Source of the DNA: Herpetosiphon sp. NSE202
Lineage (GTDB): Bacteria; Chloroflexota; Chloroflexia; Chloroflexales; Herpetosiphonaceae
Direction: 5' to 3'
NCBI RefSeq assembly: GCF_042688385.1
Contig: NZ_JBHUPY010000007.1
Span: forward strand, 66,110-130,109
DNA: 64,000 nt
The position numbers and the translations under genes are program-made. Every line of letters starts with the position of its first letter. Within the stretch, counting starts at the first letter, position 1. Positions 45,953 through 55,412 of the stretch are shown here, piece by piece. Below the pieces are notes generated by a model. It made no database searches. It was not told where the DNA came from and saw only the letters and a program-made list of their open reading frames with translations.

Positions 45953-47548
45953 CTACTCCTTCCAAGGTAGTTGCAGGGTAACGGTCGTCCCCTTGCCTAC
46001 TTGGCTATCAACGCTAATTGTGCCGCCATGAGCGCCAACTGCTAAATTACAGAAGGTCAAGCCCAGCCCTGTGCCGCGCGACTGTGCAGCAGTCCGGCCT
46101 TGGTAAAATTTATCGAAAATATGCGGAATATCTTCGGCGGCAATGCCCTGCCCAGTATCGCTAACCAGCAGCGTAATCAATTTGGCCGCTTGATCAATCG
46201 TGCCAACCACGCGAATTGTACCGCCTGGCTTGGTCCATTTGATACCATTGCTGACCAAATTGGCCAAAACACGTACCATTTTATGCTCATCAAGCACCAC
46301 CAATGGCGCAGCAGGCAGATTTAGCTCGAATGTTAGCTGTTGCTCAACCGTAATTGGCAGCACTTGCTCACTCAGCAATTCGCCAATTCGCTCAAGGCTG
46401 GTGGTTTCTTGGCTCAGCACCAAGCGCCCAGCTTCAGCTTTGTAGACATCAAGCAAATCGTCGATTAGGCGTTGTTGGGCTGCGCCTGCCCGAAAACCAA
46501 GCTCGACGAACAATTTGCCATCGTCATCAAGTTGGGTGGTCATCAAGGCATCGAAGCAGCCAACCATGCCCGCCAATGGCGCACGCAAGTCGTGAGTCAA
46601 CATCTGAATAAACCCATCGCGGCTATCTTCGGCCTCGCGCAGGCGAGTGTAAACCGCCGCATTGGTCAGGGCAACGCTCAATTGATCAGTCAGGGCTTTG
46701 ATCAAGGTTTCTAGCTCGGTCTTGAAGAAATTGCGCTGTGGATGCACCAAAATAAATACGCCGATAATCGTATTTTGAGCATAATTATGTAATGGCAAGG
46801 CCAGCGCTGAGCCAATTTCCTCGCGATCATCATAAAAATGTTTCCAGCGCGGATCGTTTTGGGCATCTTCGACAATTTGCACTTCGCCAGTGCGCAAGGC
46901 ATACGAGGCTAAGCCCTCGCGCAGCACCGCCTCAATAGCTTGCTCGGCCTCTGCTGGCGGCAAATGTGGCCGAAACAAAATGCGCCGCCAAACCCGATTT
47001 TGATCATCAAGCAGCAACACGCTGCCACGGCTGGCTCCCAGCAGTTCGTTAATTGCATTCAAGGCTTCGGGCAACACCTGATCAATATCCAACGAACGGT
47101 GCAAGGTTTGCGAAACCCGATACAGAAAGCGCAGGCGTTCTTGTTCGCGGTGCAAAGCGCGGCGGGTGTGCTTCAAGCGCAGCAGCACGCGCATGCGCGC
47201 CAGCAATTCATCGCGATTCACCGGCTTGGTCACGTAATCGTCTGCGCCAAGATCCAAGCCTGTAACCGTGTCGGCGGTGGTTTGCTTGGCCGAAACAAAA
47301 ATAATCGGGATGAAGGGCAGATGGTTACGCTCGCGAATTGCTTGCAGGGTTTGATAGCCATCCATTTCAGGCATCATTACGTCAAGCAAAATCAAATCGG
47401 GCACTTGTTGTTCGAGCATTTCCAAGGCTTCGAAGCCGCTGCGAGCACAGGCGGTTGCATAGCCAGCGCGTTCCAACATACGCTGTAACACCATCACATT
47501 GGTGGTTTGATCATCCACAATCAAAATTAGCTCGGGTGTTGCTTGCAT
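45953..47548 (-). CDS. Hybrid sensor with N-terminal REC, then GAF, HisKA and HATPase
   Basis: The REC domain is ILIVDDQTTNVMV ... LILLDVMMPEMDG. The HisKA H-box is LTHDLRAPLAGMVG. The HATPase region is DTGQGIAAED ... GTGLGLTFCNLAV. Confidence 0.8.
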   Translation of the reverse strand: MQATPELILIVDDQTTNVMVLQRMLERAGYATACARSGFEALEMLEQQVPDLILLDVMMPEMDGYQTLQAIRERNHLPFIPIIFVSAKQTTADTVTGLDLGADDYVTKPVNRDELLARMRVLLRLKHTRRALHREQERLRFLYRVSQTLHRSLDIDQVLPEALNAINELLGASRGSVLLLDDQNRVWRRILFRPHLPPAEAEQAIEAVLREGLASYALRTGEVQIVEDAQNDPRWKHFYDDREEIGSALALPLHNYAQNTIIGVFILVHPQRNFFKTELETLIKALTDQLSVALTNAAVYTRLREAEDSRDGFIQMLTHDLRAPLAGMVGCFDALMTTQLDDDGKLFVELGFRAGAAQQRLIDDLLDVYKAEAGRLVLSQETTSLERIGELLSEQVLPITVEQQLTFELNLPAAPLVVLDEHKMVRVLANLVSNGIKWTKPGGTIRVVGTIDQAAKLITLLVSDTGQGIAAEDIPHIFDKFYQGRTAAQSRGTGLGLTFCNLAVGAHGGTISVDSQVGKGTTVTLQLPWKE

Positions 47549-47572
47549 TCCTGTGCTCCATATCTCTGAACA

Positions 47573-49453
47573 TTACGAAGCTGCGGCTAACTCCGAAAGC
47601 TCCATCCAGCGTTCGTAGCTTTGTTCTAAGGTTTGGCTAACCTGCTCAAGCTCGCTGCTCAAGCGGGTATAGGCCTGATAATCACTGCCTGCATTATTCA
47701 ATGCGTCATTGAGCTCGGTTTGGCGGGCTTCCAAGCTGGCGATGGTTTTTTCCAACTCGCTTAATTCGCGTTGTTGTTTAAAGCTTAGTTTACGTGGTTT
47801 TTCTTCGCGTGGGCGCTCTTGAGTTGACGGTTTGGTTACAGCCTTGGCGCTGGCTTGCTCGCGTTCGGAGGCCTCGCGATAGGCACTGTAGTCGCCTGGG
47901 AAGTGGCGCACCTTGCCATCGCCCTCAAAGACCAGCAAATGATCAACCGTGTTATCGAGAAAAGCGCGATCGTGGGAAACCACAATCACTGCACCATTAA
48001 ATTGCTCAATGTATTCTTCCAAAATTGCAATCGTCTGGACATCGAGATCGTTGCTTGGTTCGTCGAGCAGCAACACATTTGGGTTACGCATCAGGGTGCG
48101 CAATAAATACAAGCGCCGACGTTCGCCCCCAGACAAGCTGTGGATATAATCCCAGTGCTGGCTATTGGGAAACAGAAAGCGCTCAAGCATTTGGCTGGCG
48201 GTGCGCAACCCTTCGCCAGTTTGCACCAACTCTGCTCCATCGCTCACATACTCGATCAGGCGTTGGTTGGGGTTGAGATCGCTGCTGCTTTGATCGTAAT
48301 AGGCCACGTGGATGGTTTCGCCAACGACCAATTCGCCGCTATCTGGTTGCAAACGCCCAGCGATCAAATTGAGCAAGGTCGATTTACCAACGCCGTTGGG
48401 GCCGATAATCCCCAAACGATCGTCGCGAGTGAGCTGATATTCAAAATTCTGCAATAAGGTTTTGCCAGCAATTTGCTTGTTCAGGCCATGCATTTCGATC
48501 AGCTTTTTGCCAAGCCGCCGCCCAGTTGATTCAAGCTCCAAGGTACCGCGCTCTTGGCGACGCTCTTGGTTGATCAAGGCATTGGCGCGATCGACGCGGG
48601 CTTGTTGTTTGGTGGTTCGCGCTTGCGCGCCTTGACGCAACCAGGCCAATTCGCGGCGCACTTCGTTGCGATGATCAAGCTCGGCCTTGGCGCGTTGGCG
48701 TTCACGCTCAATCCGCTCGGCTACAAAGCGCTCGTAATTGCCAGGATATGAGTGCAATTGGCGATCTTCAAGCTCAATAATTGCCGTCACCACCCGATCC
48801 AAAAAGTAGCGATCGTGGGTGATCATCAACAATGCACCTTGCAAATTGGCCAAATAGCCTTCGAGCCAAGCGACCGTGGTTGGGTCGATGTGGTTGGTGG
48901 GTTCGTCGAGAATCAACAGATCGGGCTTCTCGATAAGCACCCGTGCCATTGCCACCCGCTTGCGTTGGCCACCAGAAAGCGTGCCAAGTTGGGCATCGAG
49001 CGTGGTAATGCCAAGCCGCGAAAGCACAGTGCGCGCGCTCAACTCGGTATCCCAAGCATCGAGCGTGGTCAGGCGTTCGCTAAGTTCGGCAACGGCAGCC
49101 AGCGCTTTAGCATCGTTGGGGTTTTGCTCAAGTTGCAAGCTGGCGAGCGTATATTGGCTGAGCAAAGTTGCGCCTTCGCCCGCCGCAGCATAGACATATT
49201 CAAGCACTGTTTGGTTGGCATCCATTGGCGGATCTTGGGCCAAATAGCCAACCCGACAATCTTTGCGCAAGGTTACGCGGCCAGTATCTGGTTGTTCTAA
49301 GCCAGCCGCAATTTTCAAGAGCGTTGATTTACCGCTGCCATTGACCCCGATTAAGCCAATGCGATCGCCACTTGCTAAGCCCAAGGAAATATTTTCAAAC
49401 AACACTTTAGGGCCATAGGCTTTGGAAACAGTTTCTAAATTGATAATGTTCAT
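47573..49453 (-). CDS. ABC-F family ATPase (EttA/Uup-like, no TM domain)
   Basis: Two ABC cassettes are present: GLIGVNGSGKST ... LSGGQRKRVAMA ... LILDEPTNHID, and GIIGPNGVGKST ... LSGGERRRL ... LLLDEPSNDLD. A charged C-terminal tail follows. Confidence 0.85.
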   Translation of the reverse strand: MNIINLETVSKAYGPKVLFENISLGLASGDRIGLIGVNGSGKSTLLKIAAGLEQPDTGRVTLRKDCRVGYLAQDPPMDANQTVLEYVYAAAGEGATLLSQYTLASLQLEQNPNDAKALAAVAELSERLTTLDAWDTELSARTVLSRLGITTLDAQLGTLSGGQRKRVAMARVLIEKPDLLILDEPTNHIDPTTVAWLEGYLANLQGALLMITHDRYFLDRVVTAIIELEDRQLHSYPGNYERFVAERIERERQRAKAELDHRNEVRRELAWLRQGAQARTTKQQARVDRANALINQERRQERGTLELESTGRRLGKKLIEMHGLNKQIAGKTLLQNFEYQLTRDDRLGIIGPNGVGKSTLLNLIAGRLQPDSGELVVGETIHVAYYDQSSSDLNPNQRLIEYVSDGAELVQTGEGLRTASQMLERFLFPNSQHWDYIHSLSGGERRRLYLLRTLMRNPNVLLLDEPSNDLDVQTIAILEEYIEQFNGAVIVVSHDRAFLDNTVDHLLVFEGDGKVRHFPGDYSAYREASEREQASAKAVTKPSTQERPREEKPRKLSFKQQRELSELEKTIASLEARQTELNDALNNAGSDYQAYTRLSSELEQVSQTLEQSYERWMELSELAAAS

Positions 49454-49473
49454 GGATTCCTAACACAACTAAT

Positions 49474-52059
49474 TTATGGTGCGACATCCTGCGCACATCG
49501 AAAACCAACATTAATATTGGCAAGCTCGGGGCGGAACGAATTGCGACCTGTCGTATGCGCCGACATCAAATCATCGAACCAAGAGCCACCACGCAACACC
49601 CGCGAACCATCGCCGCTTGCCAATTCTCGCCCATCACTGGGATGGTAGGGATAGGGAATATACAGTGATTGGGTCCATTCCCAGACATTGCCTGCAAGAT
49701 CTAGTGTGCCATAGGGTCCAGCGTTTGGCAATGAACCAACAGGCATGGTGCGGCCTGGCCCAAAATCTTTGATATTTAGCAAACTTGCGTCTGCTTGGTC
49801 ACCCCACGGAAAAATCGTGCGTTGATCGCCACGGGCAGCGCGCTCCCACTCGGCTTCGGTTGGCAAGCGCTTGCCCCGCCATTCGCAATAGCTCCGTGCA
49901 TCATCCCAGGTTACATTGACCACTGGATGTTGGCTTAAGGAAATTGGCACGGTGCGCTCTGGCAGCCACAACGAAAGCCCAACCGGATCAAACGAGTTGG
50001 TCGGCACCGGGCGAGCGGTAGCGCTGATAAATTCAGTATACGCTTGGTTGGTCACTTCAGTCTGGTCAAGGTAAAAAGCAGTGGTTGAGATTGGGGTTGA
50101 TGGTTCTTCGTTCTGTAAGCCTTCCCAGCCATAAACCTGTTTGTAATGCGCCAAATCTTCTGCTGTCGCGCCCATCGTCCAGCGCCCGCCAGCAATAAAA
50201 TCCATGCCTTCGGGCACATAAAAATCGGTGGTTACGCAACGAAAGCCAATAATATTCAAGGGCAATTCTGGGTCACGACGTTCGCGCACAGCAGCACGGG
50301 CATTCTCAGGGTTCGTGCCGCTAAAACTGCCGCGCACAATCCGCGATCCAGGTTGGGTTGGCACTTCGCGGCCATCGCCAGCATTGTAGGGATACGGCAA
50401 ATCAAGGCTGCTCGTCCATTCCCACACATTGCCCGCCAAATCGAGCACACCTTCTGGCGTTGCACCAGTGGGATAGCTGCCAACTGCTTGGGTATCGCCA
50501 GCAATACCAGCGCCCCAGGCATTCAAACGGCTTGCATCCCATTCGTCGCCCCACGGATAGAGGCGGCCTTCCGTGCCACGGGCGGCGCGCTCCCATTCGG
50601 CCTCATTGGGCAGGCGCTTATTTTGGGCTTGGCAATAGGTTGCTGCTTGCTGCCATGTCACATTGATCATTGGGTAATTGCTGTAGGCTTGGTTATCGTA
50701 ATAATCAGTTACGGTCAACGAGCTGCGATCTGCTGGCTCGCTACAGCGTTGTTGAGCAACACACTCGCGATAGGCGGCGACGCTGATCTCGGTGCGATCA
50801 ATATAAAAAGTTGGCAAGTAGCCACGGCCAACTGGCTGCTCGTTGGGAGGGCCATCAGTGCTGCCAATCACAAACGTCCCAGCCGGAATCGCAACCATGC
50901 CCGGTGGCGCTGGCCCAATTACAACTGGCACAATTGGAGCCTCGGTTGGGGTTGCTGCTACAAGGCTCGGCGTGCTGAGGGCAACGCTGGTTGGCACAAG
51001 TTTGGTTTCAAATAGGCCGAAACTGCGGGCCAGCAAAAAGCCAATCAGGCCAATGCTCACCACCGCCAACGCCAGCCACCACCAATTTGAGGCTTTAGAT
51101 TTGGGCGTGGTTGCTTGATGGATTACGGTGGCATCAGGCAGGGCAGCAACCTGAATTGGATTTAATGCCTGATCGACAGCAATTTGAAAATCGCGCATTG
51201 ATTGAAAGCGATCATCAGGGTCGGGATGCATGGCGCGATGCAGCACATCGCTCAAGGCTGTTGGCACGGTTTCGCGCAAATTATGCGCCAATGGCGGGCG
51301 GGTACTTTCGCGTTTGGCAGGCTCAAAACGGGTAATCAGTTCGTGAATGACCATCGCCAAGCTATAAATATCCGAGCGCTGGTCGGTTTGGCCAAAGCCA
51401 TATTGCTCAGGCGGTGCATAGCCAGGCGTGCCATAAATCACCGTATCGCCTTCTTGGCCATGCTTAAATAGGCGTGCAATCCCAAAGTCGATCAAGGCAA
51501 TGCGGCCATCGGGGCGTAGCATAATGTTGGGTGGCTTGAGATCACGATAGATAATCGGCGGGTTTTGATTATGCAAATATTGCAGCACGTTGGTTAATTG
51601 GCGCATCCAATCGATCACGGTTTCCAAGGCCAATGGCTCGATGCGGCCTTCCAACTCGGCGCGCAGGGTTTGGCCCTCGACATATTCCATCACCAAAAAC
51701 TCGTTCTCAGTATGGCGGAATTGGTCGATAACGCGGGGCAAATTGGGGTGGCTCAAGCGAGCCAACAAGGCTGCCTCGCGCCGAAACTCGCCAATCGCCC
51801 GCTCCCAAGCATCGGTATCGCCTGGTTGGTGCAAGCCGGTCATCTCTTTGAGCGCAACTGGCGCATCGCCAAGCCGGCGATCGGTCGCCAAATAGACCGC
51901 GCCCATGCCACCACGGGCCAAGGGTCGAATCACCACATAGCGATCAATTAAAACATCGCCATTGGCAAGTCGGCCAGTCCAACGGGGCAGACCAGCACCA
52001 CACTTGGGGCAAAAACGCGCCCCAGTTTTCAATTCGGTTGAACAGCGTGGACAAACCAT
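49474..52059 (-). CDS. Ser/Thr protein kinase fused to two tandem FGE-sulfatase (SUMF1/DUF323) domains, anchored by a TM segment
   Basis: The N-terminal zinc ribbon is CPRCSTEL..CPKCGA. The Hanks kinase region is AVYLATD...VALKEM...YRDLKPPNIML...DFGIAR...GTPGYAPPE. A TM helix follows. Then there are two copies of ...AGNVWEWT...R(I/V)(V/L)RGGS(F/W)...GFRC. The antisense 289-aa ORF at 50146..51015 is rejected. Confidence 0.8.
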   Translation of the reverse strand: MVCPRCSTELKTGARFCPKCGAGLPRWTGRLANGDVLIDRYVVIRPLARGGMGAVYLATDRRLGDAPVALKEMTGLHQPGDTDAWERAIGEFRREAALLARLSHPNLPRVIDQFRHTENEFLVMEYVEGQTLRAELEGRIEPLALETVIDWMRQLTNVLQYLHNQNPPIIYRDLKPPNIMLRPDGRIALIDFGIARLFKHGQEGDTVIYGTPGYAPPEQYGFGQTDQRSDIYSLAMVIHELITRFEPAKRESTRPPLAHNLRETVPTALSDVLHRAMHPDPDDRFQSMRDFQIAVDQALNPIQVAALPDATVIHQATTPKSKASNWWWLALAVVSIGLIGFLLARSFGLFETKLVPTSVALSTPSLVAATPTEAPIVPVVIGPAPPGMVAIPAGTFVIGSTDGPPNEQPVGRGYLPTFYIDRTEISVAAYRECVAQQRCSEPADRSSLTVTDYYDNQAYSNYPMINVTWQQAATYCQAQNKRLPNEAEWERAARGTEGRLYPWGDEWDASRLNAWGAGIAGDTQAVGSYPTGATPEGVLDLAGNVWEWTSSLDLPYPYNAGDGREVPTQPGSRIVRGSFSGTNPENARAAVRERRDPELPLNIIGFRCVTTDFYVPEGMDFIAGGRWTMGATAEDLAHYKQVYGWEGLQNEEPSTPISTTAFYLDQTEVTNQAYTEFISATARPVPTNSFDPVGLSLWLPERTVPISLSQHPVVNVTWDDARSYCEWRGKRLPTEAEWERAARGDQRTIFPWGDQADASLLNIKDFGPGRTMPVGSLPNAGPYGTLDLAGNVWEWTQSLYIPYPYHPSDGRELASGDGSRVLRGGSWFDDLMSAHTTGRNSFRPELANINVGFRCAQDVAP

Positions 52060-52298
52060 GGATTAGGCCTCGTGTGCAGCAGCAGTGTCATCCTATTGTA
52101 GCATCTCGATCAAGCCATCTCAATCGTTAGAATCGGCTATTTACCAAGCCTGCTATGCTGAAAACCCTTGACACCCAAGCCATGCGGGGGATTAGGATTA
52201 AAATCCCCCCGTGAGGGGGTCAAACGGCTGTTGCATCACCCGTATGGCGTGCTATACTTCAGATCTCAGAACTAGTACGATGATGGAAGGAAGTCCTT

Positions 52299-53312
52299 GT
52301 GGCTGATGCAGCAGCGTTACTTACCCAAGCACAGACCCAATTGGCGCATGCCTTGCATGCCTTGCGAAGTGAGGCGGCGCAACTGCGCGAGCAACATACC
52401 GCAATTACCCAACAAGGACGCAAAATGTATCGCACTGCCGATGAACTGGCGGTGCAACGAACCTTCGCCGAACAACTCAACACGCCAGCGGTTGGCCGTT
52501 TGCGCCAACAAGAAGCAGAGTTGCGCAGCAAAATGGCGGCGATCGATGCCAAAACGAGTGCCACTGCTGAAGCGCTCAAACGCCTCGAACAGCTCATTCG
52601 CCAAATTGAGATGAGCAGCACCAGCCTCAGTGGCACAACCAGCATTGGCCAACAAAATGATCCGTGGGCCTTAGCCTTACGTGGTCAGATTATCCAAGGC
52701 CGCGAAGACGAGCGCTTACGCCTGGCCCGTGAAGTCCACGATGGGCCAGCCCAAGTTTTAGCCAACGTCTTGATGGGCTTGGAACATGCCATGAATTTGC
52801 AGCAGGGTAATCCGGCCCAGCTTGAACCATTTTTAAACGAATTACGCAGTGCTGCTCGCCAAGGGCTCCACGAAGTGCGCGGCTTTATCGCCGATTTGCG
52901 GCCAGGGGCACTCGACCAAGGTTTCCCCACCGCCTTGGCCGATTATGTCCAGAAATATCAACAAACCACCAAGGTCAAAGTCACAATTGACCTGCTCCAC
53001 TGGCCAACCCGCCTTCCTGCTGAAGCTGAGATTGTGCTCTATCGGGTAACACAAGAAGCATTGCAGAATATTCACAAACATGCGCGCAATGCCAATGTTT
53101 TGATCCGCAGTGTGTTACAAGGCAACCTGCTGATCGTCACCATCCGCGACGATGGCCCAGGCTTTGATCCACGTGAAGTTGTGCGGCGCTCTGGCAAAGA
53201 GAGTTGGGGATTGACCAGTATGCGCGAACGAGTCGCCTTACTTGGCGGAGATTTTGCCATTGCTTCACGCCCAGGGGCTGGCACTGAAGTGACCATCAGG
53301 ATTAGCATCTAA
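52299..53312 (+). CDS. Cytoplasmic NarL-class sensor histidine kinase (HisKA_3 plus HATPase_c)
   Basis: The H-box is EDERLRLAREVHDGPAQVLAN. The ATPase region is LIVTIRDDGPGFD ... GLTSMRERVALLGG. There is no TM segment and the N-terminus is a coiled coil. Confidence 0.75.
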   Translation: MADAAALLTQAQTQLAHALHALRSEAAQLREQHTAITQQGRKMYRTADELAVQRTFAEQLNTPAVGRLRQQEAELRSKMAAIDAKTSATAEALKRLEQLIRQIEMSSTSLSGTTSIGQQNDPWALALRGQIIQGREDERLRLAREVHDGPAQVLANVLMGLEHAMNLQQGNPAQLEPFLNELRSAARQGLHEVRGFIADLRPGALDQGFPTALADYVQKYQQTTKVKVTIDLLHWPTRLPAEAEIVLYRVTQEALQNIHKHARNANVLIRSVLQGNLLIVTIRDDGPGFDPREVVRRSGKESWGLTSMRERVALLGGDFAIASRPGAGTEVTIRISI

Positions 53313-53334
53313 GCTCACCCAGAAGGAGATACCC

Positions 53335-54048
53335 ATGGAGCAAATTCGCGTTCTTATCATTGATGATCACCCGCTTTTTCGCCAAGGCATCTGCTGGAGC
53401 CTCGGCCAAGAAAAAGATATTGAGGTGATCGGCCAAGCAGAAAATGGCGCTGAGGCGATTAAGCTCACCGAAACGCTCAACCCCAATGTTGTGCTCTTGG
53501 ATATTAATTTGCCAGGCTTGAATGGCTTGGAAGTTGCTCGCGTGCTCAAACGCCGCGCCCCACGCATGGGCATTATTGTGCTCAGCATTCACGACGACGA
53601 TGAGCAATTGTTCAACGCCATCAAGGCTGGCGCTGCTGCCTATGCATCCAAGGAAATCGATCCCACCCAACTCGTAGGCATGATTCGCGATGTGGCCCAC
53701 GGTCGCTATGTGATCAACGAAAGCGTTATGTCAAAGCCACATGTTGCCACCCGCGTGCTCAACCAATTTCGCGAGCTTTCGAATGTTGCCAACAGCAGCG
53801 AAGATACCTCGGCGATGTTTGCGCCCTTGACCAGCCGCGAAATTGAAATTCTCGATTGTATTGCCCGCGGCCTCTCCAACAAAGAGATTGCCAACCAACT
53901 TTCAATTAGCGGTCAAACCGTCAAAAACCATATCACCTCAATTCTCAGCAAGCTCCAAGTCAACGACCGCACGATGGCTGTTATTCATGCTATTCAACAA
54001 GGTTGGATCAAACTAGGCTATGATGAAAGTCGCAGTCGCACCGCTTGA
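53335..54048 (+). CDS. NarL/LuxR-family response regulator
   Basis: The REC domain is IRVLIIDDHPLFRQGI ... VVLLDINLPGLNG. The LuxR HTH is LTSREIEILDCIARGLSNKEIANQLSISGQTVKNHITSILSKLQVNDR. Confidence 0.85.
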   Translation: MEQIRVLIIDDHPLFRQGICWSLGQEKDIEVIGQAENGAEAIKLTETLNPNVVLLDINLPGLNGLEVARVLKRRAPRMGIIVLSIHDDDEQLFNAIKAGAAAYASKEIDPTQLVGMIRDVAHGRYVINESVMSKPHVATRVLNQFRELSNVANSSEDTSAMFAPLTSREIEILDCIARGLSNKEIANQLSISGQTVKNHITSILSKLQVNDRTMAVIHAIQQGWIKLGYDESRSRTA

Positions 54049-54095
54049 CGAACAGACCGTCTCTCGGCTAAAGTTGGCCCATCGCTGGTAATTGG

Positions 54096-54127
54096 CAGCC
54101 TCGCTCCGGCGGGGCTGTTCTTTTTTG
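54096..54127 (+). terminator. Intrinsic terminator after the LuxR-type regulator
   Basis: CAGCCTCGC-tccg-GCGGGGCTG followed by TTCTTTTTTGG. Confidence 0.55.
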
Positions 54128-54136
54128 GGGGGATTA

Positions 54137-55243
54137 ATGTCGATTGCATTTAACGATCTTGGGCGGCATGTGGCCACAATGGAAGCAGAGATCGAGGCCG
54201 CCAGCCTGCGGGTGTTACGCAGTGGCTGGTTTGTGCTTGGCCCAGAAGTTCGCGCCTTTGAAGCAGAATGGGCAGCCTATTGTGGCGCACGCCATTGCAT
54301 CAGCCTCGCCACTGGCACCGATGCCTTGATCTTGGGGCTACGCGCCTTGGGCTTGCAAGCAGGCGACGAAGTGCTGACCGTGGCCAATGCAGGCAGTTAC
54401 ACAACCTTTGCCACCCACACAGTTGGCGCAACCCCACGCTATGTCGATGTTGATCCACAGCACTACACGCTTGATCCAAGCCAATTGGCGGCTGCAATTA
54501 CGCCCCGCACCAAAGTGATTGTGCCGGTGCACTTGTATGGCCAAGTTGCCAATCTCGAAGCAATTTTGGCAGTTGCCGCCGATCATCAGTTGCCGGTGAT
54601 CGAAGATTGTGCCCAAGCCCATGGGGCACGCTACCAAGGCCAGCCCGTTGGCACATTTGGCGCTTTAGCCACATTCTCATTCTACCCAACCAAAAATTTA
54701 GGCGCGTTGGGCGATGGCGGGGCAATTATCACCAACGATGATGCCCTTGCTGCCAAAATCAAACAATTGCGCACCTATGGCTGGGCCAACAAATATCAAG
54801 TGACGCTTGAACATGGCACCAACAGCCGCCTCGATGAGTTGCAAGCTGCGATTTTGCGGGTCAAATTAGCCCATCTTGATGCCCAAAATGCACGCCGCCA
54901 AGCCTTGGCAGCCCGCTACAATGCAGGCCTCGCTGCCACCCCAATCCAATGCCCACAGCTCGATGATGCTCAGCATGTGCAGCATTTGTATGTGGTGCGG
55001 GTTGCCGCCGAACAGCGTCAAGCTTTGCGCGATCATTTGCAAGCAGCAGGCATTGGCAGCGATATTCACTATCCAATTGCCGATCATCAGCAGCCAGCTT
55101 GGGCCGAGCGCTATCAGGATGTGCATTTGCCAGTAACTGAAGCGCTCAGCAACGAAATTCTATCGTTGCCCTGCTATCCAGAGCTAAGCGATGCAGAGGT
55201 TGATCAAGTGATTCACTGCATTCAAGCCTTTTTTGCCAAATAG
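54137..55243 (+). CDS. DegT/DnrJ/EryC1/StrS-family PLP-dependent sugar aminotransferase
   Basis: [12 protein letters not shown] ... HLYGQ ... [18 protein letters not shown], with the Lys in the PTKNL context. A start at 54137 is preferred because of the upstream terminator. Confidence 0.8.
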   Translation: MSIAFNDLGRHVATMEAEIEAASLRVLRSGWFVLGPEVRAFEAEWAAYCGARHCISLATGTDALILGLRALGLQAGDEVLTVANAGSYTTFATHTVGATPRYVDVDPQHYTLDPSQLAAAITPRTKVIVPVHLYGQVANLEAILAVAADHQLPVIEDCAQAHGARYQGQPVGTFGALATFSFYPTKNLGALGDGGAIITNDDALAAKIKQLRTYGWANKYQVTLEHGTNSRLDELQAAILRVKLAHLDAQNARRQALAARYNAGLAATPIQCPQLDDAQHVQHLYVVRVAAEQRQALRDHLQAAGIGSDIHYPIADHQQPAWAERYQDVHLPVTEALSNEILSLPCYPELSDAEVDQVIHCIQAFFAK

Positions 55244-55412
55244 CATCAATATTGAGCAGGCAGCAGCCAACCAGCATTTCGCTATGGGTGCTGCTGCCGC
55301 TAAAACCTCAGTTTAGCCCCATGCGTCAAATTGCCATCTCACCTATCCTGCGTATAATGCAAATCGCTGGCCATCGGCTCGATGGCTATTTATTTGAACA
55401 CAAGGATGAGCT

